Source: Microgenomates group bacterium RIFCSPHIGHO2_01_FULL_45_11 (GTDB lineage: Bacteria; Patescibacteriota; Microgenomatia; UBA1400; 2-01-FULL-45-11). Taken from it: a stretch of 38,766 nt of DNA. How positions within the stretch are numbered: position 1 is the first letter of the stretch; each line of letters begins with the position of its first letter. The notes below the pieces were generated by a model. That model worked only from the letters and a program-made list of their open reading frames with translations, was not told the DNA's origin and searched no databases. Positions 27,550 through 36,793 of this stretch are shown here, piece by piece. Where the stretch lies: positions 17,310 through 56,075 of the forward strand of contig MHDE01000005.1 in assembly GCA_001803465.1 (NCBI GenBank). The letters are read 5' to 3'. Both the position numbers and the translations under genes were made by a program.

Positions 27550-27735
27550 GCCTGGAAGAAAACCAAGAGCGTTAGCTCTTGGATGAATTCCAGGCAGGAC
27601 GTCAAACGTCCTAGCCACGTTAGACGTGGCAGAACATTACGTCAGTAACATCGGCCAAGTCAGACTTGGCGTAGATATACTTCTCCCCGACATAATGTCG
27701 GGGAATACCACGGGCGTCAGCCCGGGGAAGTTTAT
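27550..27735. mobile_element. cluster of short palindromes; possible non-autonomous element or REP cluster
   Basis: At least 7 hairpins in 185 bp; no transposase ORF. Confidence 0.45.
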
Positions 27736-28089
27736 TTTGATAGCATTTCGTAAATTAATTGACCTTCTCGTTATCATATTCATTATTTCAAGATACTAAT
27801 AATTTCTACCTTAGCGAAACATAAACCGTTAAAGTTTTTACTTTCTCCTCATTGTTCATTACTTCTAGTTGTGTTAGAATCACGGCCAGACTAAACGCAA
27901 ACTCATTTTTAAATTGAAGTTGCCATTAACGTGTACTACCCCGAAGTATCAAGATTTACGCTTGACCGCCTCTTGATGAAACGGCTGCTCGCCGTCAGCG
28001 ATTTAACTGAGCTCATCGTCAAAGTCTTGTCAAAGGGAATAGGTAGCCTTTGTAAAATCTGATGCCAAGTGGTAGAAGTAAGGAATAGC

Positions 28090-28368
28090 GTGAACCAATA
28101 CGAACTAACGATTATCGTTCCTGCGACGGCCGAGTCGGTGGCCAGCCTAAAAGAAGTCATAAAAAAGTTGATTACCGCCTTCAAAGGCAAAATTATTGAA
28201 GAGATGGACTGGGGCGAGCGTTCCTTAGCCTACGCCATTGCCAAATACGACAAGGGTTTCTATCTGCATTTTCTGGTAGAATTGCCTCAGGCGGCAGTCA
28301 ACGACCTTGAAAAGAAGGTTCGTCAACAGAAGGGGATTATTCGATCATTACTGGTCAAGAAACAATGA
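28090..28368 (+). CDS. rpsF: 30S ribosomal protein S6
   Basis: YELTII, DWGERSLAYAI, GFY; GTG start 28090 after AAGGA. Confidence 0.95.
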   Translation: MNQYELTIIVPATAESVASLKEVIKKLITAFKGKIIEEMDWGERSLAYAIAKYDKGFYLHFLVELPQAAVNDLEKKVRQQKGIIRSLLVKKQ

Positions 28369-28499
28369 AGCTTCCGGACGTTTCGGCCGGAAAGGCCAGA
28401 CATCCGGGGTTTTACCCAACGTATTTCACGAAAGGGGATAAATTAAAGCTTGGATTCTTCTAACTATCAATTAGTCTAGGTTTAGAAAGAGGGGAAATT

Positions 28500-29039
28500 A
28501 TGGCAGCCCGTTCATTAAATAAAGTTTTGTTAATAGGTAATCTTACCAGAGATCCGGAATTGCGCTATACGCCTCAAGGCACGCCTGTTTGCACCTTTGG
28601 TCTAGCCACCAACCGAACCTGGACACCCACGGACAGCAACGAAAAACAGGAAGAGACAGAGTTTCACCGCATTGTGGCTTGGTCCAAGTTGGCCGAGATT
28701 TGCGCCCAACTTCTTTACAAAGGCAGGAAAGTTTTTGTCGAAGGCAGATTACAAACCAGAAAGTGGCAAACTGCCGACGGCCATGATCGGGAGACCACCG
28801 AGGTGGTCATCGACAACATGATTGCTCTGGGTGCTCCCAAAGGCGTCCCCGTGGCCGAGGAAGAATACGAAATGGTCCCCGAAACCGCTGTCACCCAACC
28901 GGCGCCGGAGGCAGAGGTTAGCCAACCGATCACTCCCGCTCCCGCACAGACTAAAGTTAAGAGAGGAAAAAAGGGCAAAAGTGACAGTGATGGCACTCCA
29001 GCCGATCAAGACGTTCCGGCCGACGACATTCCCTTTTAA
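28500..29039 (+). CDS. ssb: single-stranded DNA-binding protein
   Basis: [20 protein letters not shown]-terminal DDIPF. Confidence 0.98.
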   Translation: MAARSLNKVLLIGNLTRDPELRYTPQGTPVCTFGLATNRTWTPTDSNEKQEETEFHRIVAWSKLAEICAQLLYKGRKVFVEGRLQTRKWQTADGHDRETTEVVIDNMIALGAPKGVPVAEEEYEMVPETAVTQPAPEAEVSQPITPAPAQTKVKRGKKGKSDSDGTPADQDVPADDIPF

Positions 29040-29062
29040 CTACCTTAACATTCATTCTTATT

Positions 29063-29332
29063 ATGGCAAGAACACCCGTTGAAAATAAAACTCCCTCGAC
29101 CTCACGCTCGGGGTATTCAGCGAGGGGCGATAAGCTAAAACCTCTGCCACCCCCGGCCACTCTGCCGGACTACAAAGACGTCAAAGGCTTACAGCGTTAT
29201 CTGGACGATCGGGGAAAAATTATTCCCGCCGCTCGTTCCGGTTTGTCGGCGCGGCAACAACGCCGTATTGCTCGGGAAATTAAACGTGCCAGACACTTAG
29301 CCCTACTTCCTTTTACCCAAACACTTCATTAG
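29063..29332 (+). CDS. rpsR: 30S ribosomal protein S18
   Basis: [26 protein letters not shown]. Confidence 0.96.
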   Translation: MARTPVENKTPSTSRSGYSARGDKLKPLPPPATLPDYKDVKGLQRYLDDRGKIIPAARSGLSARQQRRIAREIKRARHLALLPFTQTLH

Positions 29333-29396
29333 TCAAAAGTCTCCGCCGCCAATTCGTGGTATGATAGTTTGTTACGTTGTCCTGACATTTCATCGG

Positions 29397-29523
29397 ACTG
29401 ACAATAATCTTAAACATTATGTGTTGTTAACTGCGCCAAGTCAGACTTGGCTGCGCTCACTGCCAATAATCTAACGATTATGTCTTGTTCATTACTTTCA
29501 CTGCCAATAATCTAACGATTATG
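29397..29523 (+). repeat. three tandem copies of a ~41-bp unit, each carrying the ctpA start context
   Basis: tcactgccaataatctaacgattatg is exact at 29457 and 29498; degenerate copy at 29397. Confidence 0.8.
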
Positions 29524-30795
29524 CGCCTTCGCCTCACCTTATCAGCCATCCGCAAATTGGGCCTTGGTCTACTCTTGGTCATCGTTGGCTTCGGCGGCGG
29601 CTATTTCTTCGGTTTACGCCAAACCACCTGGGGTAGCAAGCCTTTAGTCCGCTTGGTTAACTACGAACCCCCCGTTGAGTATCAAGACCTTGACTTCGCC
29701 CTTTTTTGGGAAGTCTGGCAACGCCTCGAGAAAAATTATTTAGACACTACTAAAATTGATCCTGAAAAAATGGTCTACGGTGCCATCAAAGGTATGACCG
29801 CCGCTTTGGGCGATCCCTACACCGTTTTTTTGCCGCCGGAAGAAAATCAACAAGCTAAGGAGGACTTAAACGGTGAATTTGGTGGCGTTGGCATCGAGCT
29901 CGGCTATATAAAAGGCCAACTGGCAGTGATGGCCCCTCTAGAAAACACCCCTTCGAAGCAGGCAGGTATCAAAGCCGGCGATCTCATTCTCCACATTAAA
30001 GACGAGAAGAAAAATCTTAACATTGATACCATTGGCTTAAGTCTCCAGGAAGCCGTCACCTACATCAGGGGGCCAAAAGGCCAAGCTGTCATCTTAACTC
30101 TTTATCGGCAGGGCAAAGGGGATTTCGAAGTCAACTTAATTCGCGATAAAATCATGGTTCCCTCAGTCGAACTAGATCTGGGTAGCTGGGGAGATACGGG
30201 CTGGCAGGAATCTGCTGCCGGTGATATCGCTTGGCTAAAATTGTACCGTTTTGGTGAGAATACCCAAAGCCAGTGGGATGAAGCCGTCACCACTATTATC
30301 AGAAACCGCTCCCACCTAGAGGGAATCGTCTTAGACCTTCGCAATAACCCCGGTGGCTACTTTCAGGGAGCCATCGATGTGGCCAGCGAGTTTATCGCCG
30401 ACGGCGTCATTGTTCAACAGCAAGGTAAAAGTGACCAGGAAACGTTCAGCGTTCAGCGCCGCGGCAAGCTCATCGACCTACCCCTGGTAGTCATTATCAA
30501 TAAGGGTAGTGCTTCGGCCAGCGAAATCTTAGCTGGGGCTTTGCGCGATCGTTTGGACGTTAAACTCGTCGGCGAGCGCAGTTTTGGCAAGGGGACAGTC
30601 CAGGACGCCGTCGATTTAAGGAATAATTCAGGTTTGCATATTACCATTGCGCGGTGGTTACTGCCCGATGGCGACTGGATTCACGACGAAGGCTTGGCTC
30701 CTGACATCGAAGTCAGCTTGCCAGAAGCTACCGAAGACCAGCCTGAACCTGAAGATACTCAGTTGAAACGGGCGATTGAAGAGTTGAAAAAATAA
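29521..30795 (+). CDS. ctpA: S41 carboxy-terminal processing protease
   Basis: LGDPYT, PDZ, LDLRNNPGG, SASASEI, SFGKGTVQ. Confidence 0.95.
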   Translation: MRLRLTLSAIRKLGLGLLLVIVGFGGGYFFGLRQTTWGSKPLVRLVNYEPPVEYQDLDFALFWEVWQRLEKNYLDTTKIDPEKMVYGAIKGMTAALGDPYTVFLPPEENQQAKEDLNGEFGGVGIELGYIKGQLAVMAPLENTPSKQAGIKAGDLILHIKDEKKNLNIDTIGLSLQEAVTYIRGPKGQAVILTLYRQGKGDFEVNLIRDKIMVPSVELDLGSWGDTGWQESAAGDIAWLKLYRFGENTQSQWDEAVTTIIRNRSHLEGIVLDLRNNPGGYFQGAIDVASEFIADGVIVQQQGKSDQETFSVQRRGKLIDLPLVVIINKGSASASEILAGALRDRLDVKLVGERSFGKGTVQDAVDLRNNSGLHITIARWLLPDGDWIHDEGLAPDIEVSLPEATEDQPEPEDTQLKRAIEELKK

Positions 30796-30819
30796 CTTTA
30801 AGAATTTAAGATTGGAAAA

Positions 30820-31986
30820 GTGATGAAGTCAATCGGTCGATCAGTCATCGCTCTCCTGGTCATTATCATCTTAACCGCCTCTTTCTTAGGTGGGGCCATT
30901 GCCGACCGCCTCTTTGTCATTAAGCCCTTAAACTACCTCATTCCCCGGGGAGATTTTAAGATTGGCGATACCTCCTTTACCCAAAAAATCCTCAACGAAG
31001 AATCAGTCGTTATCGACGTTGCCGAAGAAGCCGCGCCTTCGGTGGTCACCGTTTCCATCAAAGCCGAGCGGCGAGTCTTGGAGCCGTTCTTCTTAGACCC
31101 CTTTGGACTTTTTGGTGAGGGCCTGCGGGGTCGCAGTCGCACCGAAACCATCGAACAAGACATTGGTTCCGGCTTTGTTGTCGACAAAGGCCTGGTAGTC
31201 ACCAACCGCCATGTGGTCAGCAACACCAGCGCCGAGTATAAAATCATCGACCGCGATAATAAAGAGTATGTCGTCGAAAGAATATATCGTGACCCGGCCA
31301 ACGACTTAGCCATTCTCCAAGTTAGTTCCGACTTAAGACCCATTGAACTCGGGGATAGTGGCAACTTAAAAGTCGGCCAATTCGTCATTGCTATCGGTAC
31401 GGCTTTAGGAGAATTTCGTCACACCGTCACTACCGGTGTCATCTCCGGCCTCGGCCGCGGCATCACCGCCGGCGATAGCTTGGGCGGTTTTGTGGAGGAA
31501 CTCGATAATGTCATCCAAACTGACGCCGCCATTAACCCCGGCAACTCGGGCGGCCCACTGTTAAATAGCGCCGGTCAAGTCATCGGTATCAACACCGCTG
31601 TCTCTGCTAGTGGCGAAAACGTTGGCTTTGCCATCCCCATCAATGTTCTCAAAGACTCACTCACCAATTTCGAAACTACCGGCCGTTTTGACCGCGCTTT
31701 TTTGGGAGTGCGCTACCGGATGATCCCCAAAGAAACAGCCCTCTTAAACGATGTTCCCGAAGGTGCCTACATCGTCGAAGTGGTTGACGGCTCTCCCGCT
31801 GCCAATGCCGGCATCGAAACCGGCGATATCATCACTAAAATCGACGGCCAGGTTCTTAAAGAAGCTGACGGGGGACTGGCCACTATCATTAACCGCAAAA
31901 AATCAGGCGAAACCGCCAAAATAGAACTCTGGCGTAACGGCGAAACCCAAACCATCGACGTCAAATTAGAAGGACAAGGAAATTAA
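30820..31986 (+). CDS. htrA: HtrA/DegP serine protease with PDZ domain
   Basis: [29 protein letters not shown]. Confidence 0.95.
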   Translation: MMKSIGRSVIALLVIIILTASFLGGAIADRLFVIKPLNYLIPRGDFKIGDTSFTQKILNEESVVIDVAEEAAPSVVTVSIKAERRVLEPFFLDPFGLFGEGLRGRSRTETIEQDIGSGFVVDKGLVVTNRHVVSNTSAEYKIIDRDNKEYVVERIYRDPANDLAILQVSSDLRPIELGDSGNLKVGQFVIAIGTALGEFRHTVTTGVISGLGRGITAGDSLGGFVEELDNVIQTDAAINPGNSGGPLLNSAGQVIGINTAVSASGENVGFAIPINVLKDSLTNFETTGRFDRAFLGVRYRMIPKETALLNDVPEGAYIVEVVDGSPAANAGIETGDIITKIDGQVLKEADGGLATIINRKKSGETAKIELWRNGETQTIDVKLEGQGN

Positions 31987-32882
31987 GCTGAATACACCTT
32001 TTTAAGGGTCTGATTAATTAAGTCTAAATCTCCCTCTAAAATCCCCCCCAGGTTATACCAGCTTTCATTAATCCGGTGGTCAGTCACCCGGTTTTGGGGG
32101 AAATTATAGGTTCGGATTTTTTCTGCCCGCATCGCTCTGCCAACGGCCGCTTTTCGTTGCGCCTCAAGATTTGATAACCGCTTTTCTTCCTCCATCTCCC
32201 ACAAGCGCGACCGCAACAGCTGTAAAGCAATCTCTTTATTCTGTTGTTGAAACCGCTCTTGCCGGCAATGGACCACAATCCCGCTCGGCCGATGCGTCAG
32301 CGTGACCGCCGTATTCACTTTATTGACATTTTGCCCGCCATGGCCGCCGGCTCGGGAAAATTTCCACTCTAAATCATCTTCTTTAATTTCAACTTGATTG
32401 GGTTGAATCTCCGGTAAAACCGCCACACTGGCGGTACTGGTATGAATCCGGCCGCTCGCTTCTGTTTCCGGCACTCGTTGCACCCGGTGCACTCCCGACT
32501 CATATTTAAAAGCTCCATACGCACCCTTACCGGCAACCTTAATCACTCCTGAATCTAAGAGAGCGACTTTGTAACCTTTTCGTTCTGCAAACCGGCTATA
32601 CATTCGTAGCAGTTCCTCCGCCCAAATTTTAGCCTCTTCACCGCCGGCACCCGGTCGAACTTCGATGAGGGCATTAACTAAATCAAAAGAAGCTTGAGGC
32701 GTCGTCGCCGACTTCTCATTATCAGTTATTGTCGTCAGCGCTTGAGTTAAAGCTGCCTGTTGCTCTTTTAGTTTGGCGATTTCCTCTTGGGCCAAAGCCG
32801 CCAGTTCCGGATCGGTAAGTAACTTTTCGTGTTCGGAAATTTTTTGGCTAATCCGGTCAATCTCTATCTGCAATTGGTTCAT
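31983..32882 (-). CDS. prfA: peptide chain release factor 1 (short N-terminus)
   Basis: [14 protein letters not shown] (PxT), [21 protein letters not shown]. Confidence 0.96.
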   Translation of the reverse strand: MNQLQIEIDRISQKISEHEKLLTDPELAALAQEEIAKLKEQQAALTQALTTITDNEKSATTPQASFDLVNALIEVRPGAGGEEAKIWAEELLRMYSRFAERKGYKVALLDSGVIKVAGKGAYGAFKYESGVHRVQRVPETEASGRIHTSTASVAVLPEIQPNQVEIKEDDLEWKFSRAGGHGGQNVNKVNTAVTLTHRPSGIVVHCRQERFQQQNKEIALQLLRSRLWEMEEEKRLSNLEAQRKAAVGRAMRAEKIRTYNFPQNRVTDHRINESWYNLGGILEGDLDLINQTLKKVYSA

Positions 32883-32931
32883 AGTTGTTTCTTATAGCAT
32901 ACCACCGTTGAGTTAGGGGATACGTCATCCC

Positions 32932-32957
32932 ACTTTAATTTTTTAAAAAATTAAAGT
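32932..32957. repeat. 26-bp perfect palindrome
   Basis: actttaattttttaaaaaattaaagt between rpmE and prfA. Confidence 0.8.
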
Positions 32958-32975
32958 ATTGGGGTACGATAAGAG

Positions 32976-33308
32976 TTAGCGTTTGGAAACGACCTGTTCC
33001 TGTTGGAGTCTTTTCTTTTCCGACATTAGCATTTCCTTGAGCGTCTCCGGCCGGTACTGTTTCTTGGCTTTCAGTTTCTTTTCCACTCTTTTCTTCAGAT
33101 ATTCACTGGCCAGCCTCTGCTTTTTCTGGAATTTTTCAACTCGACCTTGAACGTCAACGTACCTCATCTCTCCGGTAAAAAAGGGGTGGCAGGCCGAACA
33201 AATGTCCACCGTAATTTCCGGCTTGGTCGAGCCGGTCACAAAAGTGTTGCCGCAGGCGCAGGTTACTTTAGCATCATCATGCCAGGTCGGATGAATGTCA
33301 ACTTTCAT
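32976..33308 (-). CDS. rpmE: 50S ribosomal protein L31 (Zn-binding type, extended C-terminus)
   Basis: [27 protein letters not shown]. Confidence 0.96.
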   Translation of the reverse strand: MKVDIHPTWHDDAKVTCACGNTFVTGSTKPEITVDICSACHPFFTGEMRYVDVQGRVEKFQKKQRLASEYLKKRVEKKLKAKKQYRPETLKEMLMSEKKRLQQEQVVSKR

Positions 33309-33413
33309 AACGAGATATCAATAACTTCTTCCTAAGCGTTACATCGGCCAAGTCTATCTTGGCGTAGATATGGGGGAATTGTATCAAATTTTGCTCCACC
33401 TGAAAAGGTCTGG

Positions 33414-34355
33414 TCAACGCTTAGTTTTACTGACCGCTCTTTTAGCCGGCGGTCTCCGCTCGGCAATAAACACTCCCACCGTGGTTAAAATTAACGCCGC
33501 TACCATAACGAGATTCAATCGTTCTTTAAGCCACAGAGTCGCCAGCGGTATCGTCACCAACGGCTGCAAATAGCCAAACAGCGACGCTTCTGAGGCTTCG
33601 ATTTTATCATTACCATAGATGTAGGCAGTCCAGCCTATGAGCGATCCAAAAATCCCCATGTACAAACTCGCTATCAGTACGCTCGGTACCCTTAATCCCG
33701 ACAAAGCTACCTGCGGCAGGGCTGCCATCGGCGTCGCAAACATAAACAACAGGTAGAACCCGATTAAGCCCACCCATAAGCCGACCAGTCCCACTAATAA
33801 TTTCGGCACCTTCCGATACACCCGTTTGGCTAACAACAGGTACACAGCCCACAAGAGGTTATGACCGATTACCAGCATGTTGCCAAAAACGCTTGAAGCC
33901 TGTTTTCCGCCGTTCGGGAAAAATAGCGGCTCCAGGGTTAAAATTAGCATGCCGATGAGAGCTAAAATCAAGCCGACAAACTCTTGTGGCTCCTCCTTTT
34001 CTTTTAAAAACAGTATCCCGCCCACAATCACCAAAATCGGCGCCGCGTTAGCGATGAGCGTTGCCTCCAAAGATGAAGTCCGTTTCAAACCTTCGTAAAG
34101 AAAAGACAAGGCTCCGACCACTCCAATTACTTCCAGCCCGACAATCGTCATCAGTTGAGTTAGACTCGGCCTTAGGCGGCAGATTAAGTAGACCAGAATC
34201 GGCAAAGACACCATCGCTGCCAAAAGGTAGCGGTAGAAAAGATATTGAAACGGCGTTACAAACTCCAGTGCCGGCTTGACAATCGGCAACGCCGCTCCCC
34301 AAACGACGGTGTTAATTAGCAGGGCCAGGTATGCTAGTTTGCGCTGTTTCGTCAC
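33414..34355 (-). CDS. EamA/DMT family transporter
   Basis: About 10 TM helices, VVWG, duplicated EamA repeats (LFLKE/LWLKE); GTG start inferred. Confidence 0.9.
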   Translation of the reverse strand: MTKQRKLAYLALLINTVVWGAALPIVKPALEFVTPFQYLFYRYLLAAMVSLPILVYLICRLRPSLTQLMTIVGLEVIGVVGALSFLYEGLKRTSSLEATLIANAAPILVIVGGILFLKEKEEPQEFVGLILALIGMLILTLEPLFFPNGGKQASSVFGNMLVIGHNLLWAVYLLLAKRVYRKVPKLLVGLVGLWVGLIGFYLLFMFATPMAALPQVALSGLRVPSVLIASLYMGIFGSLIGWTAYIYGNDKIEASEASLFGYLQPLVTIPLATLWLKERLNLVMVAALILTTVGVFIAERRPPAKRAVSKTKR

Positions 34356-34422
34356 CCTTACATGATGGCAGACCGCTAACCCCTTGGTCAAGACGAGATT
34401 GGCTTTGGAGGAGTGAGGCTAG

Positions 34423-35631
34423 TTACGCGGCTGTTAGTAGCCGAACAACATCAGCTGATTTTAGGAGTTTCTCTTCTCCGGTTTTCATGTCTTTGAGTTT
34501 GACTACATTACTCTTTGCTTCATCTGGGCCGATGACAACGACATACGGAATGCCTTTTCTGTCTGCATATTTGAGTTGTTTGCCCAATTTGTCGGCAATG
34601 GGATAGAGTTCGGTGTTAATTCCGGCCTGGCGTAATTGTTTTGCCACCTGCAAAGTTTGGTCTTGTAGGTCGTTGGAAAAGAAAATGACGAGCACTCGGC
34701 TTACCGACCGAGAAGGGATAAGACCGAACTGGTCAGCAGCTTCTACGGTGCGGTCAAAGCCGTAGGCGATACCGGTGGCAGGTATGTCCTGCCCCGTCAG
34801 ACGCTGCATCATGCCATCATAGCGTTCCCCGCCGCCGACAGATCCGACGGTATAGTCTTCGATGACAATTTCCCATATCGGCCCTTGGGAATAGGAGAAT
34901 GAACGGGCCAGTGTCGGTTCAAAGCGGTAAAACTCTTTCGAAAAGCCAGCATTTTCCAGATACGAGGTGATTATTCGTATTGTTTCGTCTGGCTTGATGT
35001 TTTGGATATAATCCAAATATTTTACTGCCTGATTTTTATCAATGCCTTTATCTACCATATCGGTGATAACTCCCTGCCGGCCAATTTTTTTAAGTTTGTC
35101 AATGGCAACAATAGCGGGGTAGGGGATGTCTTTCATGAGATCGCGGTTATTAAAGACTATTATCGGTTTTTTGAAGCCAATTTTTAAGTAAGTATCGAGG
35201 TTAACGGCCATTACTTCGGCGTCAGCAGTCGGATCTTTGAATCCAAAAATATCGACATCAAATTGGGTGAATTCCCGGTATCTGCCTTTTTGAGGTTTTT
35301 CCGCCCGGAAGACATTTTGGAATTGGTAACGGCGGAAGGGGAAAACGATCTTATTTAGGTTATTGCCGACAAAACGGCAGGTAGGAACGGTTTGGTCGTA
35401 GCGCAAAGCCACGTTACGACCACCCTGATCTTCAAACTTGAAGAAGAGTTTTTCATCTTCACCTATTTCACCTTCAAACAATCCCAGCGGTTCCAAGGTT
35501 GGGGTCTCGATGGGTTCGTATCCGAAGGATTCGGCGACTTCTACCATAATGTTTTTAACCCATTGGCGTTTTTTGGCATCATCTGGCAAAAGGTCCCTAA
35601 AGCCTTTGAGCGGCTGAATAGTTTTCTTCAT
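34423..35631 (-). CDS. hisS: histidyl-tRNA synthetase
   Basis: KGFRD, LRYDQT, FRAEKPQKGRYREFTQ, GGGERYD, KQLKYAD. Confidence 0.98.
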   Translation of the reverse strand: MKKTIQPLKGFRDLLPDDAKKRQWVKNIMVEVAESFGYEPIETPTLEPLGLFEGEIGEDEKLFFKFEDQGGRNVALRYDQTVPTCRFVGNNLNKIVFPFRRYQFQNVFRAEKPQKGRYREFTQFDVDIFGFKDPTADAEVMAVNLDTYLKIGFKKPIIVFNNRDLMKDIPYPAIVAIDKLKKIGRQGVITDMVDKGIDKNQAVKYLDYIQNIKPDETIRIITSYLENAGFSKEFYRFEPTLARSFSYSQGPIWEIVIEDYTVGSVGGGERYDGMMQRLTGQDIPATGIAYGFDRTVEAADQFGLIPSRSVSRVLVIFFSNDLQDQTLQVAKQLRQAGINTELYPIADKLGKQLKYADRKGIPYVVVIGPDEAKSNVVKLKDMKTGEEKLLKSADVVRLLTAA

Positions 35632-35686
35632 TTCGTTCCTTTCACTTAGATACTTGTTAGTTTAACATTGTTTCTTGTCAAGAGTA

Positions 35687-35720
35687 GGGGATAACCGGCC
35701 GTACGCGCCGGTATATCCCC
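35687..35720. other. GC-rich hairpin between the PIN-like gene and hisS (no U-tract)
   Basis: ggggata accggc cgtacgc gccggt a tatcccc. Confidence 0.5.
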
Positions 35721-35726
35721 GTATCA

Positions 35727-36170
35727 TTAGTGAATGCCCACGAAATCATTAGGGGCATTGATCCAGTCAAGTCCGTTAGCAAAGTCCTTATCAATCAGAG
35801 CATACCCCGGGCGTTCTCCAACCACAAATTGAATATCCTCACTATCAGCAGGCGTTGATAGATATTCCAGTGGTTGATCGGGTACATAAGGTCTTAACTT
35901 CAAACCACTTCCAGGTATTAAGGTTTGGGCAGCTATTTCCGGAAACTGTCTCGTTAGAACATTAACTGTTTCTTGAGAGACATAAAGCCTGCCCTTACCG
36001 TTGGCCAAGGCCAGGGCATCGGGTAGGGTATTGAGTGATTCGTCCCAATAGATATTAACCGGCCGGTTTGCCCATCTTGTCAGGACAGAGACTTTTAGCA
36101 CAGCGGTTGTCTGCCTTAACCCAGGTTCTTCAGGGTTCGGCAACCGATCAATTGTCTCAATCTTTTTCAT
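35727..36170 (-). CDS. hypothetical protein, possible degenerate PIN domain
   Basis: AGGAGG SD; IYWDES, LYVSQET, DSED, LIDKDF spacing is reminiscent of PIN acidic residues. Confidence 0.6.
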   Translation of the reverse strand: MKKIETIDRLPNPEEPGLRQTTAVLKVSVLTRWANRPVNIYWDESLNTLPDALALANGKGRLYVSQETVNVLTRQFPEIAAQTLIPGSGLKLRPYVPDQPLEYLSTPADSEDIQFVVGERPGYALIDKDFANGLDWINAPNDFVGIH

Positions 36171-36230
36171 TTCATTCACCTCCTTTCTCTCAAGTAAGGA
36201 ACTTCCTTACAAGGATGGTCCTTGTTAGAT

Positions 36231-36443
36231 TTATAAATCGGCAGCTACCCCGGCATCGCTATCGTCTCTTGGTTGCTCGGCGGATAATTGAGAAACGACG
36301 GTAAGTGCCGCCAGTTCTTCAGGCTTTAGTAATTCGCCCAAAGCCCCGGCACCTTCATCGTCTCTGGCTTGGAAAGCTTTGCCAGTCGTTGGATCAACGG
36401 CCAGCTTGATTACGCTGCTCATTGCTTCTTGTTCATTGTTCAT
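36231..36443 (-). CDS. small acidic hypothetical protein (70 aa)
   Basis: Strong AGGAGGTG SD. Confidence 0.7.
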   Translation of the reverse strand: MNNEQEAMSSVIKLAVDPTTGKAFQARDDEGAGALGELLKPEELAALTVVSQLSAEQPRDDSDAGVAADL

Positions 36444-36502
36444 TACGGCTCACCTCCTTTCTTCTATCATGGTTGCTAAAAAGCAAAAAACTGTACAATC
36501 CG

Positions 36503-36569
36503 TCCTTCGTAGCTCGGCCTGGCACTAACTGCTTATTCAGTCGTATTGCCAGCCGGTTACTACGGAGGA
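36503..36569. repeat. TCCTTCGTAG...CTACGGAGGA long hairpin micro-element
   Basis: Terminal inverted repeat plus inner cggcctggca/tgccagccg stem; related to the 23142 element in opposite orientation. Confidence 0.55.
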
Positions 36570-36598
36570 TTATGCGCTATCAGAATCTTAAGGTGCAC

Positions 36599-36625
36599 AA
36601 AAAAACCTCCGGTTACGGAGGTTGT
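36599..36625 (-). terminator. attenuator terminator (segments 3:4)
   Basis: Minus strand: ACAACCTCCG-TAAC-CGGAGG followed by T7. Confidence 0.85.
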
Positions 36626-36649
36626 CACTGCCTGTTAAATTATTAGAAT

Positions 36650-36724
36650 TCAGCCACTACAAACCACAACCTCCGCTCGAAGGTCGTGATGATGAACGTT
36701 GGCATTACTACGAAGTCGATTCAT
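36650..36724 (-). CDS. His-rich leader peptide MNRLRSNANVHHHDLRAEVVVCSG (putative attenuator)
   Basis: ATG 8 nt after the -10 box; CAT CAT CAC; overlaps mutually exclusive stems. Confidence 0.75.
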   Translation of the reverse strand: MNRLRSNANVHHHDLRAEVVVCSG

Positions 36725-36732
36725 AAGTTGCA

Positions 36733-36761
36733 ATGTTACCAGTCCTAAATAATTCTGTCAA
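36733..36761 (-). promoter_or_regulatory. sigma70 promoter driving the leader
   Basis: Minus strand: TTGACA-N17-TAACAT with extended TG. Confidence 0.75.
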
Positions 36762-36793
36762 CTTAACAACACGTCAGTAACTTTTTGAATGAT

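Noticed and set aside
27465..27590. CTGACGAGTCC resembling a hammerhead ribozyme core
   Set aside because: No matching GGAC-GAAA, and no stems I/III with an NUH site.
27433..28060. RNase P, tmRNA, SRP or 6S RNA in the largest intergenic gap
   Set aside because: No GAGGAAAGUCC, tRNA-like ends or SRP GGAA loop motif on either strand; a 6S RNA cannot be excluded without Infernal.
29397..29523. Possible mini-CRISPR array
   Set aside because: The spacers are only about 15 bp and similar to each other, and there are no cas genes; it is a tandem duplication.
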